DNA of 63,704 nucleotides, counting the filler, from Octopus bimaculoides (lineage: Eukaryota), in the NCBI RefSeq assembly GCF_001194135.2. It is 7 parts of 5 records of this genome, joined end to end, with 100 filler letters (N's around TTAATTAATTAA, not from the genome) between each part and the next. Parts side by side here need not be neighbours in the genome. Positions count along the whole stretch, not along the records: positions 37,890 to 45,191 come from NC_068982.1; positions 45,292 to 55,232 come from NC_068987.1; 5 more parts are not named here. One strand, 5' to 3'. Positions 38,868-51,178 of the stretch are shown in pieces (position 1 is the stretch's first letter; each line of letters starts with the position of its first letter). Position numbers and translations under genes: made by a program. Below the pieces are notes generated by a model. That model saw nothing but the letters and a program-made list of their open reading frames with translations, was not told where the DNA came from and searched no databases.

Positions 38868-39079
38868 TACACAAGGGTGTGCTGAAAAGTTCCGGGCTTT
38901 GGATAAAGGAAAATACAAGAGGATCAGTTACTTATGATTTTATCCAACTCTCAGATTCACTCACTTATTGTAGCGGTCCTTTAGTTTTTTCTAAGCCTTA
39001 TAAAAGAACTCAGAAGGTTGGGCATCCAGCCAGGCCTTACGCGACACCCTTAAAGCCAGGAAGTTGTCAGCACCCTCTC

Positions 39080-39082
<3 letters not shown>
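38868..39082. mobile_element. Mariner-type MITE
   Basis: Left ta.cacaagggtgtgctgaaaagttccgggcttt and right aaagccaggaagttgtcagcaccctctca.ta are inverted repeats with TA flanks, embedded in (ATGT)n. Confidence 0.75.
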
Positions 39083-39110
<28 letters not shown>

Positions 39111-39329
39111 TGTATATATAAATTTATGGATAAAAAAGAAGGAAAACTTAGGTTCCAATCTTTTCTCCATATACGTTGCACATTTATACAAATGTATAAT
39201 CATCATAATCTGACCGACGCCTGTTGTTTGCTTTTATATTCTTTGGATTCTACAACATGTATGTAAGTGCATATGTCCTCCTCTTTTTAATGTAGAATAT
39301 ATTTTAACCTTGCTAGGGAGTAAGGTTGT

Positions 39330-41800
39330 GAAGAAAAGCCTGAAGAAGGTCTTGCAGATATTTAGTCCTAGGTGTCGTGATCATTTGAGTGTATGAATTA
39401 AGGTTTGCGTTTTCTCCCCCAACAACCGAAGTTCAGCCATACTTTGCTCCAGACGAGTTGGTATGTATCCTGTTGCTCCAAAAAGGATTAGAGATGAAAC
39501 AGAAAGTGTATCTTGGGTACTGGGTTTGCAAACTCCTTAATAATGATCTATAGATGACCTTTTTCTCTTGTATTTTTCTAACTACATTGGTCCAGAGGGC
39601 AACCCATTTTCACAACAGAACATATCTTTTGTTTGTGGTCCCACACAACAAAATCTAGCCCGTTGTGTTTTAACTTGGTGGCTGTTTTAATTTTAAGCTC
39701 CACCAATATTCTTTTGAGTCATCAGTTTCAGTATAGTTAACATCATCTGTGTATTTTTGTTTTCTTTGTCATCCTGTTCCAGACCGTTCTGGCCACTGCA
39801 TCATGCCTCATGGGAAGATAATATCTGGAAGACATTTTCTCACAGTTGTTAATAACATGGTTGATGTCTCCAGTCTTGCTTTTGCACAGCCTACATTCGT
39901 TCTCTATCAATGCTTTATGCCTTTTTATGCTGTAGGTACTTGGTGGGGATCTCTTGCGTAGAGGTAGCCTTCACAGTGGTAATGTCATAAACTTGTCGGT
40001 ACTCTATGTCAAGCTTTTGATAAGATCACTCCCTTCTATGGCAGTGTTTTTCGTGTCAAACACCCATGTACTATCTTCTCAGTGAACAGATCATTTTTTT
40101 ATATATATTTTCTTCTTCTGAGAAATAGAATTTATCAATGCTCTTTGGCAAGAGATCTATATCAGCTTTTATTTCATACCTCTCCTCAAGTTCATTAGCT
40201 ACCCTAATTATGTTATTGATTTCATAGTCACAAACTTGGGTAAGATTGTTACTTGTCTCTTTCCTCTGCTGCAGCTATTTCAGTGTCACAATCCGTACTT
40301 CATATGACATCAATACAGATTTGAAGCCACGACCATCATCCTTGCGTGGGAAGTATAGCCTGTCTGCATTTCTATTGATGATGGAGTTTCCTGTAACATT
40401 GAGCAGTTTGCGAGTTCGAACATCGATCTCACTGAATTCTTGTAGAGACTAGCTCAGAAGGTCAAACGTAGGCGTGAGGATAGGTACTGCAAATGTGTCG
40501 TGGGCAATATGCTTGCTGTAAGCTGAGAGTTCTGATGACCATATTCTCTTTACTCTTCTGAGGTATTTGTTCCTGGTCCTTTCCTTTATGGGTCCATCAT
40601 ATCTGACATTCTCATCTTGTCTAAGATACCTATAATTGTCGCTTGGCTGTAGGAGTTGTATTGTCAAACCGTTCATTCTAAGGTTTTCAGAGGAGTGCAC
40701 GGCTTTTCCATGTTTTATTGTCAAAAATACACATTTGGACTCTTCAAATTTCATTCCAATTGTTTTTTAGATGATTGATATTTGGCCCATACAGTTTCAG
40801 GTCATCGACAAAGAATAGATGGGAGGTAATTTTTAGATCTATTTCTATGATCCCTATGTTTTCTAAGCAGGTATGATAGTGGGTTTAATGAGAGAACGAA
40901 GACCAACACCGATAAGTTATCGCCCTGAAAGATTCCTTTTTGGCGGTGAATGCTCAAGTTGCTCCGTATCATTCCTAACGAGCAAAGTGATGTACCAAAT
41001 CTTAATCAGACGCTCAATAGCACTCACTAATTGGTTGTGGGACTTTGGCCAGCTTAAGGCCTTGATCACCCAACCATATGGTATACTATCAAAAGCCTTC
41101 TTGTACTCCAGCCACTCTACGGATAAGTTTCTGCGATTTTTCCTGTTTTTTGTTTTGTTTTGTCCTTTTGTCTTGGATCATTTTGTTAAATAGTAGCTGC
41201 TGTATACAGCCCCATACTTTTCGTCTAGCTTGCTCAGGAGTTATAATGTTGTTGGTGGCACAATGATCCTGCAAGAACAAATTGAGGCACCCAGTGTACA
41301 ATCTGTTCGTGATGTTGTAGCAGGCTACTGGGTGGTAATTTTTAGCGAGGGTGGTTTGGCTATTCTTCGGGATCAGGAGAGTAGTTGAAGTGGATAAACA
41401 TTGGGGCAGCTCTTGTTTATGCTTGGCACTTTCTCCATACAACCGGATAAGATTTCACCGATAAAAGGTGAAATTCTTCAACCAGTAGCCTGCTATGGGG
41501 TCTGGGCCTAGGGATTTCCTGTTTGACATTTTCTGTAGAACCGTTTCCAGTATTTCGTCGCCTGTTTCATATTTCTTTTGCTGGACACGCTGGTAGTAGT
41601 CCTGCTTCAGTTATTTTAGCCAGACACCTTGTTTGTTGAACTCATCATTTGTTTCCCATATAGATCTCCAGTAGCCCACAACCTGATCTTTTGTAGGGGT
41701 GTCTTTTACAGAAATTGAGCTTTTCGCATTGAAGCTGCGATAAACTGACTTGCGATCTCTGGCAAATAATTTATTGAGCATTTGCCCTTTATATGCTGTA
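39330..41800 (-). mobile_element. Decayed R4/Dong-clade (REL-endonuclease) non-LTR retrotransposon, 5'-truncated
   Basis: Ordered motifs on the minus strand: NKLFARDRKSVYR..YWRSIW (41790-41620); TTLLIPKNSQTTLAKNYHPVAC; EQA..WGCIQQLL; WLEYKKAFDSIPYGW (~41118-41070); HLFFVDDLKLYG (FVDD 40812-40801); YLRRVKRIWSSELSA..TFAVPIL; IDVRTRKLL..DRLYFPRKDDGRG; CCHC finger CRLCKSKTGDINHVINNC (39895-39842) followed by RHDAVA; KHNGLDFVVWD..VKMGCPLD endonuclease region (~39670-39590). Many stops and frameshifts. Confidence 0.9.
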
Positions 41801-41810
41801 GATTTATATG

Positions 41811-41849
<39 letters not shown>

Positions 41850-42599
41850 TCATAAATATACAGGGATTAGCATTGAGTTGCTTCTCCAACATACTGAAAA
41901 TTTAGAAATAGCAGTCAAAGAACTACTGATTCTAAACTACAAATTTTTCTCTAAACGGATGGCGATATTTATGGCACACTGGTGTCGCATGGCCAAAGAT
42001 TACCGTGAATTTTTTTAGAGACACTTTCAAATTTATCAGAATATTTGGACTGAAGACTGGAATAGANNNNNNNNNNNNNNNNNNNNNNNNNNNNNNNNNN
42101 NNNNNNNNNNNNNNNNNNNNNNNNNNNNNNNNNNNNNNNNNNNNNNNNNNNNNNNNNNNNNNNNNNNNNNNNNNNNNNNNNNNNNNNNNNNNNNNNNNNN
42201 NNNNNNNNNNNNNNNNNNNNNNNNNNNNNNNNNNNNNNNNNNNNNNNNNNNNNNNNNNNNNNNNNNNNNNNNNNNNNNNNNNNNNNNNNNNNNNNNNNNN
42301 NNNNNNNNNNNNNNNNNNNNNNNNNNNNNNNNNNNNNNNNNNNNNNNNNNNNNNNNNNNNNNNNNNNNNNNNNNNNNNNNNNNNNNNNNNNNNNNNNNNN
42401 NNNNNNNNNNNNNNNNNNNNNNNNNNNNNNNNNNNNNNNNNNNNNNNNNNNNNNNNNNNNNNNNNNNNNNNNNNNNNNNNNNNNNNNNNNNNNNNNNNNN
42501 NNNNNNNNNNNNNNNNNNNNNNNNNNNNNNNNNNNNNNNNNNNNNNNNNNNNNNNNNNNNNNNNNNNNNNNNNNNNNNNNNNNNNNNNNNNNNNNNNTA

Positions 42600-42790
42600 T
42601 ATATATATATATATTGATAGAAAGGACAACAAAAGAAAGAAAGAGACCTCGATATTATGTAAATAGAGGAATCTATCTGTAAAAATATGTGGCACTTATT
42701 CGGTAGCCATGATAAAACTCCGAGTTTCGGATGCCGGGGTGGGAACCCACGCCAACATCTCTTCAGTTATCCGACTATATATATTCAGTT
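42600..42790 (-). mobile_element. PLE-like terminus carrying a hammerhead
   Basis: Hammerhead at 42771-42711 followed on the minus strand by ~110 nt of AT-rich sequence running into (TA)n. Confidence 0.55.
42711..42771 (-). ncRNA. Type I hammerhead ribozyme with extended stem II
   Basis: Minus strand: gataa-CUGAAGA-gatgttgg-c-gtggg-tt-cccac-c-ccggcatc-c-GAA-actc-g-gagt-U-ttatc. Stem I 5 bp, stem II 8+5 bp, palindromic stem III, GUU site at 42716; one extra C before G12. Confidence 0.7.
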
Positions 42791-42916
42791 ATAGCTGTGT
42801 GTTGTAGTTTCAGCTAGTTTTATTTTTGTTTTTTTTTTCTGAGGTTTTTCTGATGTCATGTGAAGTTCTCTGTTTTACATTTCGTAACTACGACGATCTG
42901 CGAGATATTTTTCGCA

Positions 42917-42947
<31 letters not shown>

Positions 42948-42993
42948 TGTATGTATATTTGTACGTATGCATGTGTGTGTATGCGTGCATGCA

Positions 42994-43032
<39 letters not shown>

Positions 43033-43569
43033 ATGTATGTATGTATGTATGTATGTATGTATGTATGTATTTATGTATGTATGTATGTATGTATGTATGT
43101 ATGTATGTAGCCATAGTTCTCTTATTTTATATGTAACCCACATGTACTGAAGGCTCGACATTGAACTTGCTGACTCCTTTAAGCGACTTTATATGGAAGA
43201 TGCGTCTGAAACTTCTTATAAACAAACGAACATTCTTGATCAAACTAATTTTCAAAGCTAGGAATGCCCAGATGCCGTTACATAACTCTATTACAGAAAT
43301 AACATTCACCGTTGCTATTGCATTGATATATTTATTCACTTTGGTGATAACTTAGCATACTCAGAATTTCTGCCGACAAAAGTGTGCACCCCTGGTGATT
43401 CGAAGTGATTCTTCTGTAAATAACAGCAATATAAATAAGGAATATTATTAGTTTTGCCAAATTTTCTACTACAATATCTTTCAGTTTACAAGAATACTTT
43501 CCATGCAAAGCCTTGTACAGTTAACATTATCATTTACCAATGCTATGTCATAAGACAGAACGGTTCGAG

Positions 43570-43800
43570 TGTTTTTTTACCTTTTATTTCTTTCAGTCGT
43601 TGGACTGCAGCCGTACTAGGGCACCGCCTTGAAGGGTTTTAACCGAAAAAGAACCGCCCCTTGTATTTATTTTTAAGTCTGGTGGTTCTTGTATCCACAA
43701 TTTTTCCTAAACCACCAAGTTACGACGATGTAAACAAGCCAGCACCGGTTGTTGATCGATGGAAGGGACACACGTACACACACACACACACACACGTGTA
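43570..43800 (-). mobile_element. SINE family B, 3' half
   Basis: ccttttatttctttcagtcgttggactgcagccgtactagggcaccgccttgaagg...cgatgtaaacaagccagcaccggttg is the reverse complement of the family B tail. Confidence 0.75.
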
Positions 43801-44701
43801 TGTATACATATATATATATATATATATATANNNNNNNNNNNNNNNNNNNNNNNNNNNNNNNNNNNNNNNNNNNNNNNNNNNNNNNNNNNNNNNNNNNNNN
43901 NNNNNNNNNNNNNNNNNNNNNNNNNNNNNNNNNNNNNNNNNNNNNNNNNNNNNNNNNNNNNNNNNNNNNNNNNNNNNNNNNNNNNNNNNNNNNNNNNNNN
44001 NNNNNNNNNNNNNNNNNNNNNNNNNNNNNNNNNNNNNNNNNNNNNNNNNNNNNNNNNNNNNNNNNNNNNNNNNNNNNNNNNNNNNNNNNNNNNNNNNNNN
44101 NNNNNNNNNNNNNNNNNNNNNNNNNNNNNNNNNNNNNNNNNNNNNNNNNNNNNNNNNNNNNNNNNNNNNNNNNNNNNNNNNNNNNNNNNNNNNNNNNNNN
44201 NNNNNNNNNNNNNNNNNNNNNNNNNNNNNNNNNNNNNNNNNNNNNNNNNNNNNNNNNNNNNNNNNNNNNNNNNNNNNNNNNNNNNNNNNNNNNNNNNNNN
44301 NNNNNNNNNNNNNNNNNNNNNNNNNNNNNNNNNNNNNNNNNNNNNNNNNNNNNNNNNNNNNNNNNNNNNNNNNNNNNNNNNNNNNNNNNNNNNNNNNNNN
44401 NNNNNNNNNNNNNNNNNNNNNNNNNNNNNNNNNNNNNNNNNNNNNNNNNNNNNNNNNNNNNNNNNNNNNNNNNNNNNNNNNNNNNNNNNNNNNNNNNNNN
44501 NNNNNNNNNNNNNNNNNNNNNNNNNNNNNNNNNNNNNNNNNNNNNNNNNNNNNNNNNNNNNNNNNNNNNNNNNNNNNNNNNNNNNNNNNNNNNNNNNNNN
44601 NNNNNNNNNNNNNNNNNNNNNNNNNNNNNNNNNNNNNNNNNNNNNNNNNNNNNNNNNNNNNNNNNNNNNNNNNNNNNNNNNNNNNNNNNNNNNNNNNNNN
44701 N

Positions 44702-44733
<32 letters not shown>

Positions 44734-45090
44734 AGCTGGTTTATTCGTTCATTCATGTTTGTTCAAGAAATTTATTTTAGTTACTGAACATATCAAAGTC
44801 TTTCGCCATACAGTTGCGACCATTTCACACGTCTTCAGACAGAGATGAATAACTGGGTTAGAGTGATGTGACAGAGATCACTGACCAGGTCACAAGTGAT
44901 GTAACGAAAGACTTTGCTGCAGCAGTAACTAAAATAATAAAATGAACTGCGTTCTTTCGTTTCTTTCTTCTTTCTTACATTAGGCTCTGATCTATTTCTT
45001 CCATTTATTTAGGTTTCTTTTCCCTTACTTCCTTTCAGGAAACAAACCAATATATATATATATACATATATACATACATACATACATACA

Positions 45091-45126
<36 letters not shown>

Positions 45127-45529
45127 TGTATATAAGTGGCAATATACTACACTTTATCGTGCAGTTACTGTTAATACTTCATTTAGAGAATNNNNNNNNN
45201 NNNNNNNNNNNNNNNNNNNNNNNNNNNNNNNNNNNTTAATTAATTAANNNNNNNNNNNNNNNNNNNNNNNNNNNNNNNNNNNNNNNNNNNNAAATTTAGA
45301 TAATAAGGGTAAAAAATTGAATATTAATCTGATCAATATCAATTTAAACCAGTGGCCTAGTATATTGAAAAAATCTGATGATTCAGAAAAATTATATTAC
45401 ATACATATAAGAGGGATGACCACTAGGTGGACATCCAATATGCTAGATGTAGACCTCATATAGTCTGACCACTAAGAAAAGATTGCTCTCAATATATGTA
45501 TGTAAATATATATTTTCTTTTGCGTCCTT

Positions 45530-45815
45530 TTAAAACCTAGCCAGGCTCATGGGCCCGGTTTCCCGGTTTCTATGGCGTATGTATGTGTGAGTGTATGTGT
45601 GTGAATGCCTTTGTGTTTCTCCCCACCACTGTTGGTTTACGACCGGTTTTGGTTTGTTTACGTCCCTGTAAGGTAGCTGTTTGGCAGAAGAGACCGAAAA
45701 AATAGGTACCAAATTTTTAAAGAAATGAATATTGGGGTCGATTTGATCGATAAAAGCCCCCTTCAAGGTGGTGTCACAAAATGGCGACAGTCCAATGAAT
45801 GAAATAAGATAGAAG
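45530..45815. mobile_element. Short repeat end (45530-45590, shared with 26648-26705) abutting a SINE family B 3' half (+)
   Basis: ttttaaa.cctagccaggctcatggg...ggtttctatggcgtatgt occurs at both loci; then tttacgtccctgtaagg...ggggtcgatttg...aaggtggtg..caaaatggcgacagtccaatgaatgaaa. Confidence 0.7.
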
Positions 45816-46498
45816 ATAAATAACGGAATGTCAAAATCTGAAAAAAAAAGGATAAATTGTAAAGAACCATTTATCTATTGTCCCTAATAAAAAAGGGGAT
45901 AAAGACAAAATAAAAAAAAGAAACAAAAATATAAAGAGGGGTAAAGGGAAAAGGGTGCCATGAAAATTACAGCAAGAAAACAGCAAAATATAAAACGCAA
46001 TAGTCGTAAATATTAAACAAAGTTTATTAGGGGGAATTAGGGCAATGCATTATGGGAGTTGGGCTGTATTGAATATCATCGCAACATCAGTTTTCGTGGA
46101 TTCGACACAAAGCTTGTTATTTACAGCGCTGTGTGTTCTATTGAATGTTAGATATGTATAGATAGATTAACGAATTTAGGAGTTGCCAGCTGTGGCAAGG
46201 ATCCTGACGTATTTGTAATTAGAGACCAAATCACTGAGTGTTAGACCTTTCAGAATCTTTCAATGCAACGATAATCCCCCCCTTTTATAAATGTAACGAT
46301 CTCGCTGATGTACACATACGCCCGCGCGTGCGCGCGCACACACACACACACACAGACACACAGACACACACGTACACACAGACACACACACAAACACACA
46401 AACACACACACATGCGCATACATGCACATACACACACAAACAGCTACATATATATACATATGCATACCTACTTCCGTATATATATATATATATATGTT

Positions 46499-46559
<61 letters not shown>

Positions 46560-46883
46560 NNNNNNNNNNNNNNNNNNNNNNNNNNNNNNNNNNNNNNNNN
46601 NNNNNNNNNNNNNNNNNNNNNNNNNNNNNNNNNNNNNNNNNNNNNNNNNNNNNNNNNNNNNNNNNNNNNNNNNNNNNNNNNNNNNNNNNNNNNNNNNNNN
46701 NNNNNNNNNNNNNNNNNNNNNNNNNNNNNNNNNNNNNNNNNNNNNNNNNNNNNNNNNNNNNNNNNNNNNNNNNNNNNNNNNNNNNNNNNNNNNNNNNNNN
46801 NNNNNNNNNNNNNNNNNNNNNNNNNNNNNNNNNNNNNNNNNNNNNNNNNNNNNNNNNNNNNNNNNNNNNNNNNNNNNNNNNNN

Positions 46884-46958
<75 letters not shown>

Positions 46959-47014
46959 CACACACACATACTCACACACGCAAACATACATGCACACACT
47001 CATCGATACATATA

Positions 47015-47626
47015 CAGCAATCCCTCGCCTTATCGCGTTTCACTTATCGCGGTTTATTATTTAAGTGTATGTCTATTCCTTCGTGGTGTTGTTTTGTATT
47101 TATAATAAAATAAAAATATGCAAATTATAAAAATTACAAAAGTAGCTGTGCTGTAAGTGGCTTGCTTACCAACTACATGGTTCCGGGTTCAGTCCCACTG
47201 CGTGGCACCTTGGGCAAGTGTCTTTTACTATTTACTATAGCCTCGGGCTGACCAAAGCCTTGTAAGCGGATTTGGTAGACGGAAACTGAAAAAAGCCCGT
47301 CCTATATATGTACGTGTGTATATATGTTTGTGTGTCTGTGCTTGTACCCCCAACATCACTTGACAACCGATGCTGGTGTGTTTACGTCCCTGTAACTTAG
47401 CGGTTCGGCAAAAAAGGCCAATAGAATAAGTACTAGGCTTATAAAGAATAAGTCCTGGGGTCGATTTGCTCGACTAAAGGCGGTGCTCCAGCATGGCTGC
47501 AGTCACATGACTGAAACAAGTAAAAGAGTAAAAGAGAGAGTAAAGTACTGTTTCTACTTTGCAAATTTTCACCTATCGCGGGGTTTTTTGGAACGTAACA
47601 CCCGCGATAGTCGAGGGATTACATTG
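47015..47626. mobile_element. Tigger/pogo-like (Tc1/mariner) MITE interrupted by a SINE
   Basis: Left TA|cagcaatccctcgccttatcgcg; right cgcgatagtcgagggattacattg|TA. Imperfect TIRs with TA target duplication. Confidence 0.75.
47142..47545 (+). mobile_element. Full-length tRNA-derived SINE family B (CORE-like)
   Basis: tRNA-like head (tagctgtgctgtaag..., B box gggttcagtccc), ccttgggcaagtg core, internal GT tract, 3' tail ending in gtaaaaga repeats. Confidence 0.9.
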
Positions 47627-48329
47627 TACCACAAATGCTAGTTCAAGCACGACTAAATACACACATACCTCCACAAACACACTGATGATGAGACCTAATT
47701 ACAGTATTTTTTGGATATGATTTACTACTTCAGCCGATGGTGAAGTAGTAAATTATTAGTATATGACTAATGTTCTAGCGACACCACGATGATTGTGGCA
47801 GGCGCTCTGAAATGACTTTACTCCTTTTTACCTATAGCAAGAATTTTTCTCCGTGGCAAAACCACAATGAATACACCTTTTTACAGGTAAAACGTGTTTA
47901 CGACATCTTTGAAGTGATCTAAGCTTTGTATATTTTTTTAATATTTCAAAATATTTTATCCATCATCCTTTTAAATGCGAAAAGATTGTATAATGCCGGT
48001 CCTGGATATGCAAAGATAACGTGATGTCCATGGCTGGAAAAGCCTTCGATAGTTTAGTCCTGGGACTAAACAACAACAACAAGGACAACAACAACAACAG
48101 CAGCAGTGACATGCCACTGTTTTTGCAAAATCAAAGATAAGCCAGTATCTTATATAGAATCTTAAAAAGGAAACTATTCAAATTTCTTGATTCACACTAC
48201 ACGGTTTCTTTTATACAAGAAAATTTTGCTAATTTCAAAAAGAAATTTTTATTTATTTTCCATTACCGCACTGAGGACCACCCATAATTAGTAGATAATT
48301 TTTACTGATTTCTTATAAGAAAGCTAAAC

Positions 48330-48735
48330 CTAAAGTCAGATTACATCGAGCTCCAGTACTCAACTGGTATTGTTTTATGAGTCGACTTCGGCGGAATATG
48401 CGCTCAGAACATAATGACGGATGAAATGCCGCTGTGCATTTTGCTCGGCGTGCTAACGATTCTGCCACCTCGCCACCTTAACAACAACAACAATAATAAT
48501 AATAATAATAATCCTTTCTATTACAGGCACAACGCTTGAAATTTTGGTGGGAAGGGGCCTCCAGTACGCAACTGGTGCTTAATTTATACACAACTGGTAC
48601 TTAATTTATCGACCCTGAAAAGATGAAAAGTAAAGTCGACCTCGACGGGATTTGAACTTAGAACGCAGCAGCAGATGAAATACTGCTAAGCATTTCGCAT
48701 GGCGTGCAAACGATTATGCCAGCTCGCCACCTTAA
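48330..48735 (-). mobile_element. Three head-to-tail SINE family A copies or fragments
   Basis: Repeated caactggta.., gtcgac.tcg.cgg.at.tg.ac.t.agaac and ctaacgattctgcca.ctcgccacctta motifs at ~48360-48480, 48510-48600 and 48590-48735, separated by an (AAC/AAT)n tail. Confidence 0.85.
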
Positions 48736-48867
48736 CAACGAGATCGATAATCCAAGTACCAAAGTTTATAATTTGCGCAAAGAGAGACCTTGTGAGATTT
48801 CTGACAACTGGTTGCCGTCCGCTCTCACAGAATCAACCAGAGCAAACAAGACCGAGAGCTCTGAGAA

Positions 48868-49158
<291 letters not shown>

Positions 49159-49479
49159 GCTGTTGCTGCTGCAACCACAAAATAGCTCATATTACCAACG
49201 GTTCTAGATTATGTAAATGAGCGGGTTGTTTGTCGTCCCACTCATGTTTTAATATATACAAACGCAGACCGCCCAAGTTTCAACGCTGTATGAAATATGT
49301 TGTAAAGATCAAGATGATCGTGTCATTAGGTAGGTGAGTGGATTTACTTATTGGAATACATAATTGCAAGATATCTGATGAATTATAATAAAAATCCTAA
49401 GCAGCACCGTAGTCATTAATTTCTTAATATACGGAATCAAAATCTCCATAACACACATACACACATACACGTGTATGTA

Positions 49480-49706
49480 TTGGGTTGTCCGGAAAGTTCG
49501 TGCCGATTTATAGTAGCTTACCTTTCGACTTATTTGCCATGACACCACCTCAGTTCTGGAAAGAGGGTATTTTCAAGTTAAAGGAAAGATGGAGACGCAT
49601 TGTGCAACAAAATGATTCATATTTGGCTGATTAAAATTGTAATGGCAAGTGTTTATTGACCTTTGTCTTGCCTTTAAAAATTGGCACGAACTTTCCAGAC
49701 AACCCA

Positions 49707-49707
<1 letters not shown>
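49480..49707 (+). mobile_element. Internally deleted mariner element retaining both TIRs and the transposase C-terminus
   Basis: TIRs ttgggttgtccggaaagttcgtgccgattt and aaattggcacgaactttccagacaacccaa (28/30), TA flanks. The internal frame QFWKEGIFKLKERWRRIVQQNDSYLAD* matches the mariner C-terminal GIxKLxxRWxxxxxxxGxY pattern. Confidence 0.9.
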
Positions 49708-49741
<34 letters not shown>

Positions 49742-50364
49742 GCACTCCGTCGCTTACAACGTTGAGGGTTCCAGTTGATCCGATCAACGAAATAGCCTGC
49801 TCGTGAAATTAACNNNNNNNNNNNNNNNNNNNNNNNNNNNNNNNNNNNNNNNNNNNNNNNNNNNNNNNNNNNNNNNNNNNNNNNNNNNNNNNNNNNNNNN
49901 NNNNNNNNNNNNNNNNNNNNNNNNNNNNNNNNNNNNNNNNNNNNNNNNNNNNNNNNNNNNNNNNNNNNNNNNNNNNNNNNNNNNNNNNNNNNNNNNNNNN
50001 NNNNNNNNNNNNNNNNNNNNNNNNNNNNNNNNNNNNNNNNNNNNNNNNNNNNNNNNNNNNNNNNNNNNNNNNNNNNNNNNNNNNNNNNNNNNNNNNNNNN
50101 NNNNNNNNNNNNNNNNNNNNNNNNNNNNNNNNNNNNNNNNNNNNNNNNNNNNNNNNNNNNNNNNNNNNNNNNNNNNNNNNNNNNNNNNNNNNNNNNNNNN
50201 NNNNNNNNNNNNNNNNNNNNNNNNNNNNNNNNNNNNNNNNNNNNNNNNNNNNNNNNNNNNNNNNNNNNNNNNNNNNNNNNNNNNNNNNNNNNNNNNNNNN
50301 NNNNNNNTATATATATAGTTGGGTGTGTGAGTGTGTGCTTGTACGAAGTTTCTTAAGCGATTCG

Positions 50365-50650
50365 GTCTTTTGTTGGGTTTTTGTGGGGCGTTCAATCTGC
50401 AAAGCTCTGGCTGGGCTTGGGGTCTGTTGCTGCTGTGGCAACGAGGACGACTATAAATTACATCACTGAAACAACAAAGAAGGCCGCTCGGTGGCTTTAG
50501 ATAAAAAGGGAAGACCTGTGGTTTACCGTTATTGGAACGTAACTTAGGACTTGATCAACCGCGACTAGGTCGACAGGGTGAGGAACCTGATGTTGAAAGA
50601 CCCGAAACCCTCTGAGACCCAAGAAATATTAATAATGATGTTTCCTAGAG
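50365..50650 (+). mobile_element. Hero/NeSL-like non-LTR retrotransposon C-terminus and 3' UTR fragment
   Basis: FVGRSICKALAGLGV...(frameshift)...ITETTKKAARWL*IKREDLW resembles the GFVGxSL..LGI..EAAERASxWLWxKR C-terminal motif of Hero-type elements. Confidence 0.6.
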
Positions 50651-51178
50651 CATCCATGAGATGCGTCTTGGAAAAAATTGCAGATATGGTTGCACGCGAA
50701 GTCTGAGAGGTGGGTCACAGTTATTTTCGGAGGAAACATTAGGTCATGTGGTATATTTTCTTTTGAGTTTGCATAGTTTCTGGGCGATAATTCCTCGTTT
50801 GTTTTCTGTTCATTATTAGTATTTTTATTATGTATTCTTTATCTCAAACATTCTGTTTTGATACTTTTCTTTGGTTTTGAAAATGTACCTTCGTAAAATA
50901 GCTAGATAGTTGGGGTCCAGAATTACATTTAGATCCAGGTTATTTCCTCTCCAAATTTTATTCGAGTAAATTTTCGTAAGGTTTCTTTGGGGTGGTAGTG
51001 GCAGAGTATATTTTTTAATATTTTTCTTGGGCTCAAGGACTTTCAAAACCAATTACCCGTATAAACCACCGAGATTACAACATTTCCCCGAATGGGATGA
51101 TGATGCGCAGGGTTCGAAGCCAGAATTTGAATGGGACAAGTTGATTAAATCGACTCCAATGCTTGACTGGTACTTTAA

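Noticed and set aside
44795-44845. Minus-strand CUGAAGAc...gucGCAA / gcGAAAG motif
   Set aside because: No consistent stems I and III in either register.
47720-47753. 13-bp inverted repeat atttactacttca/tgaagtagtaaat; also the 16-bp palindrome tagagtaattactcta at ~22697
   Set aside because: Short isolated AT-rich hairpins with no associated element or context.
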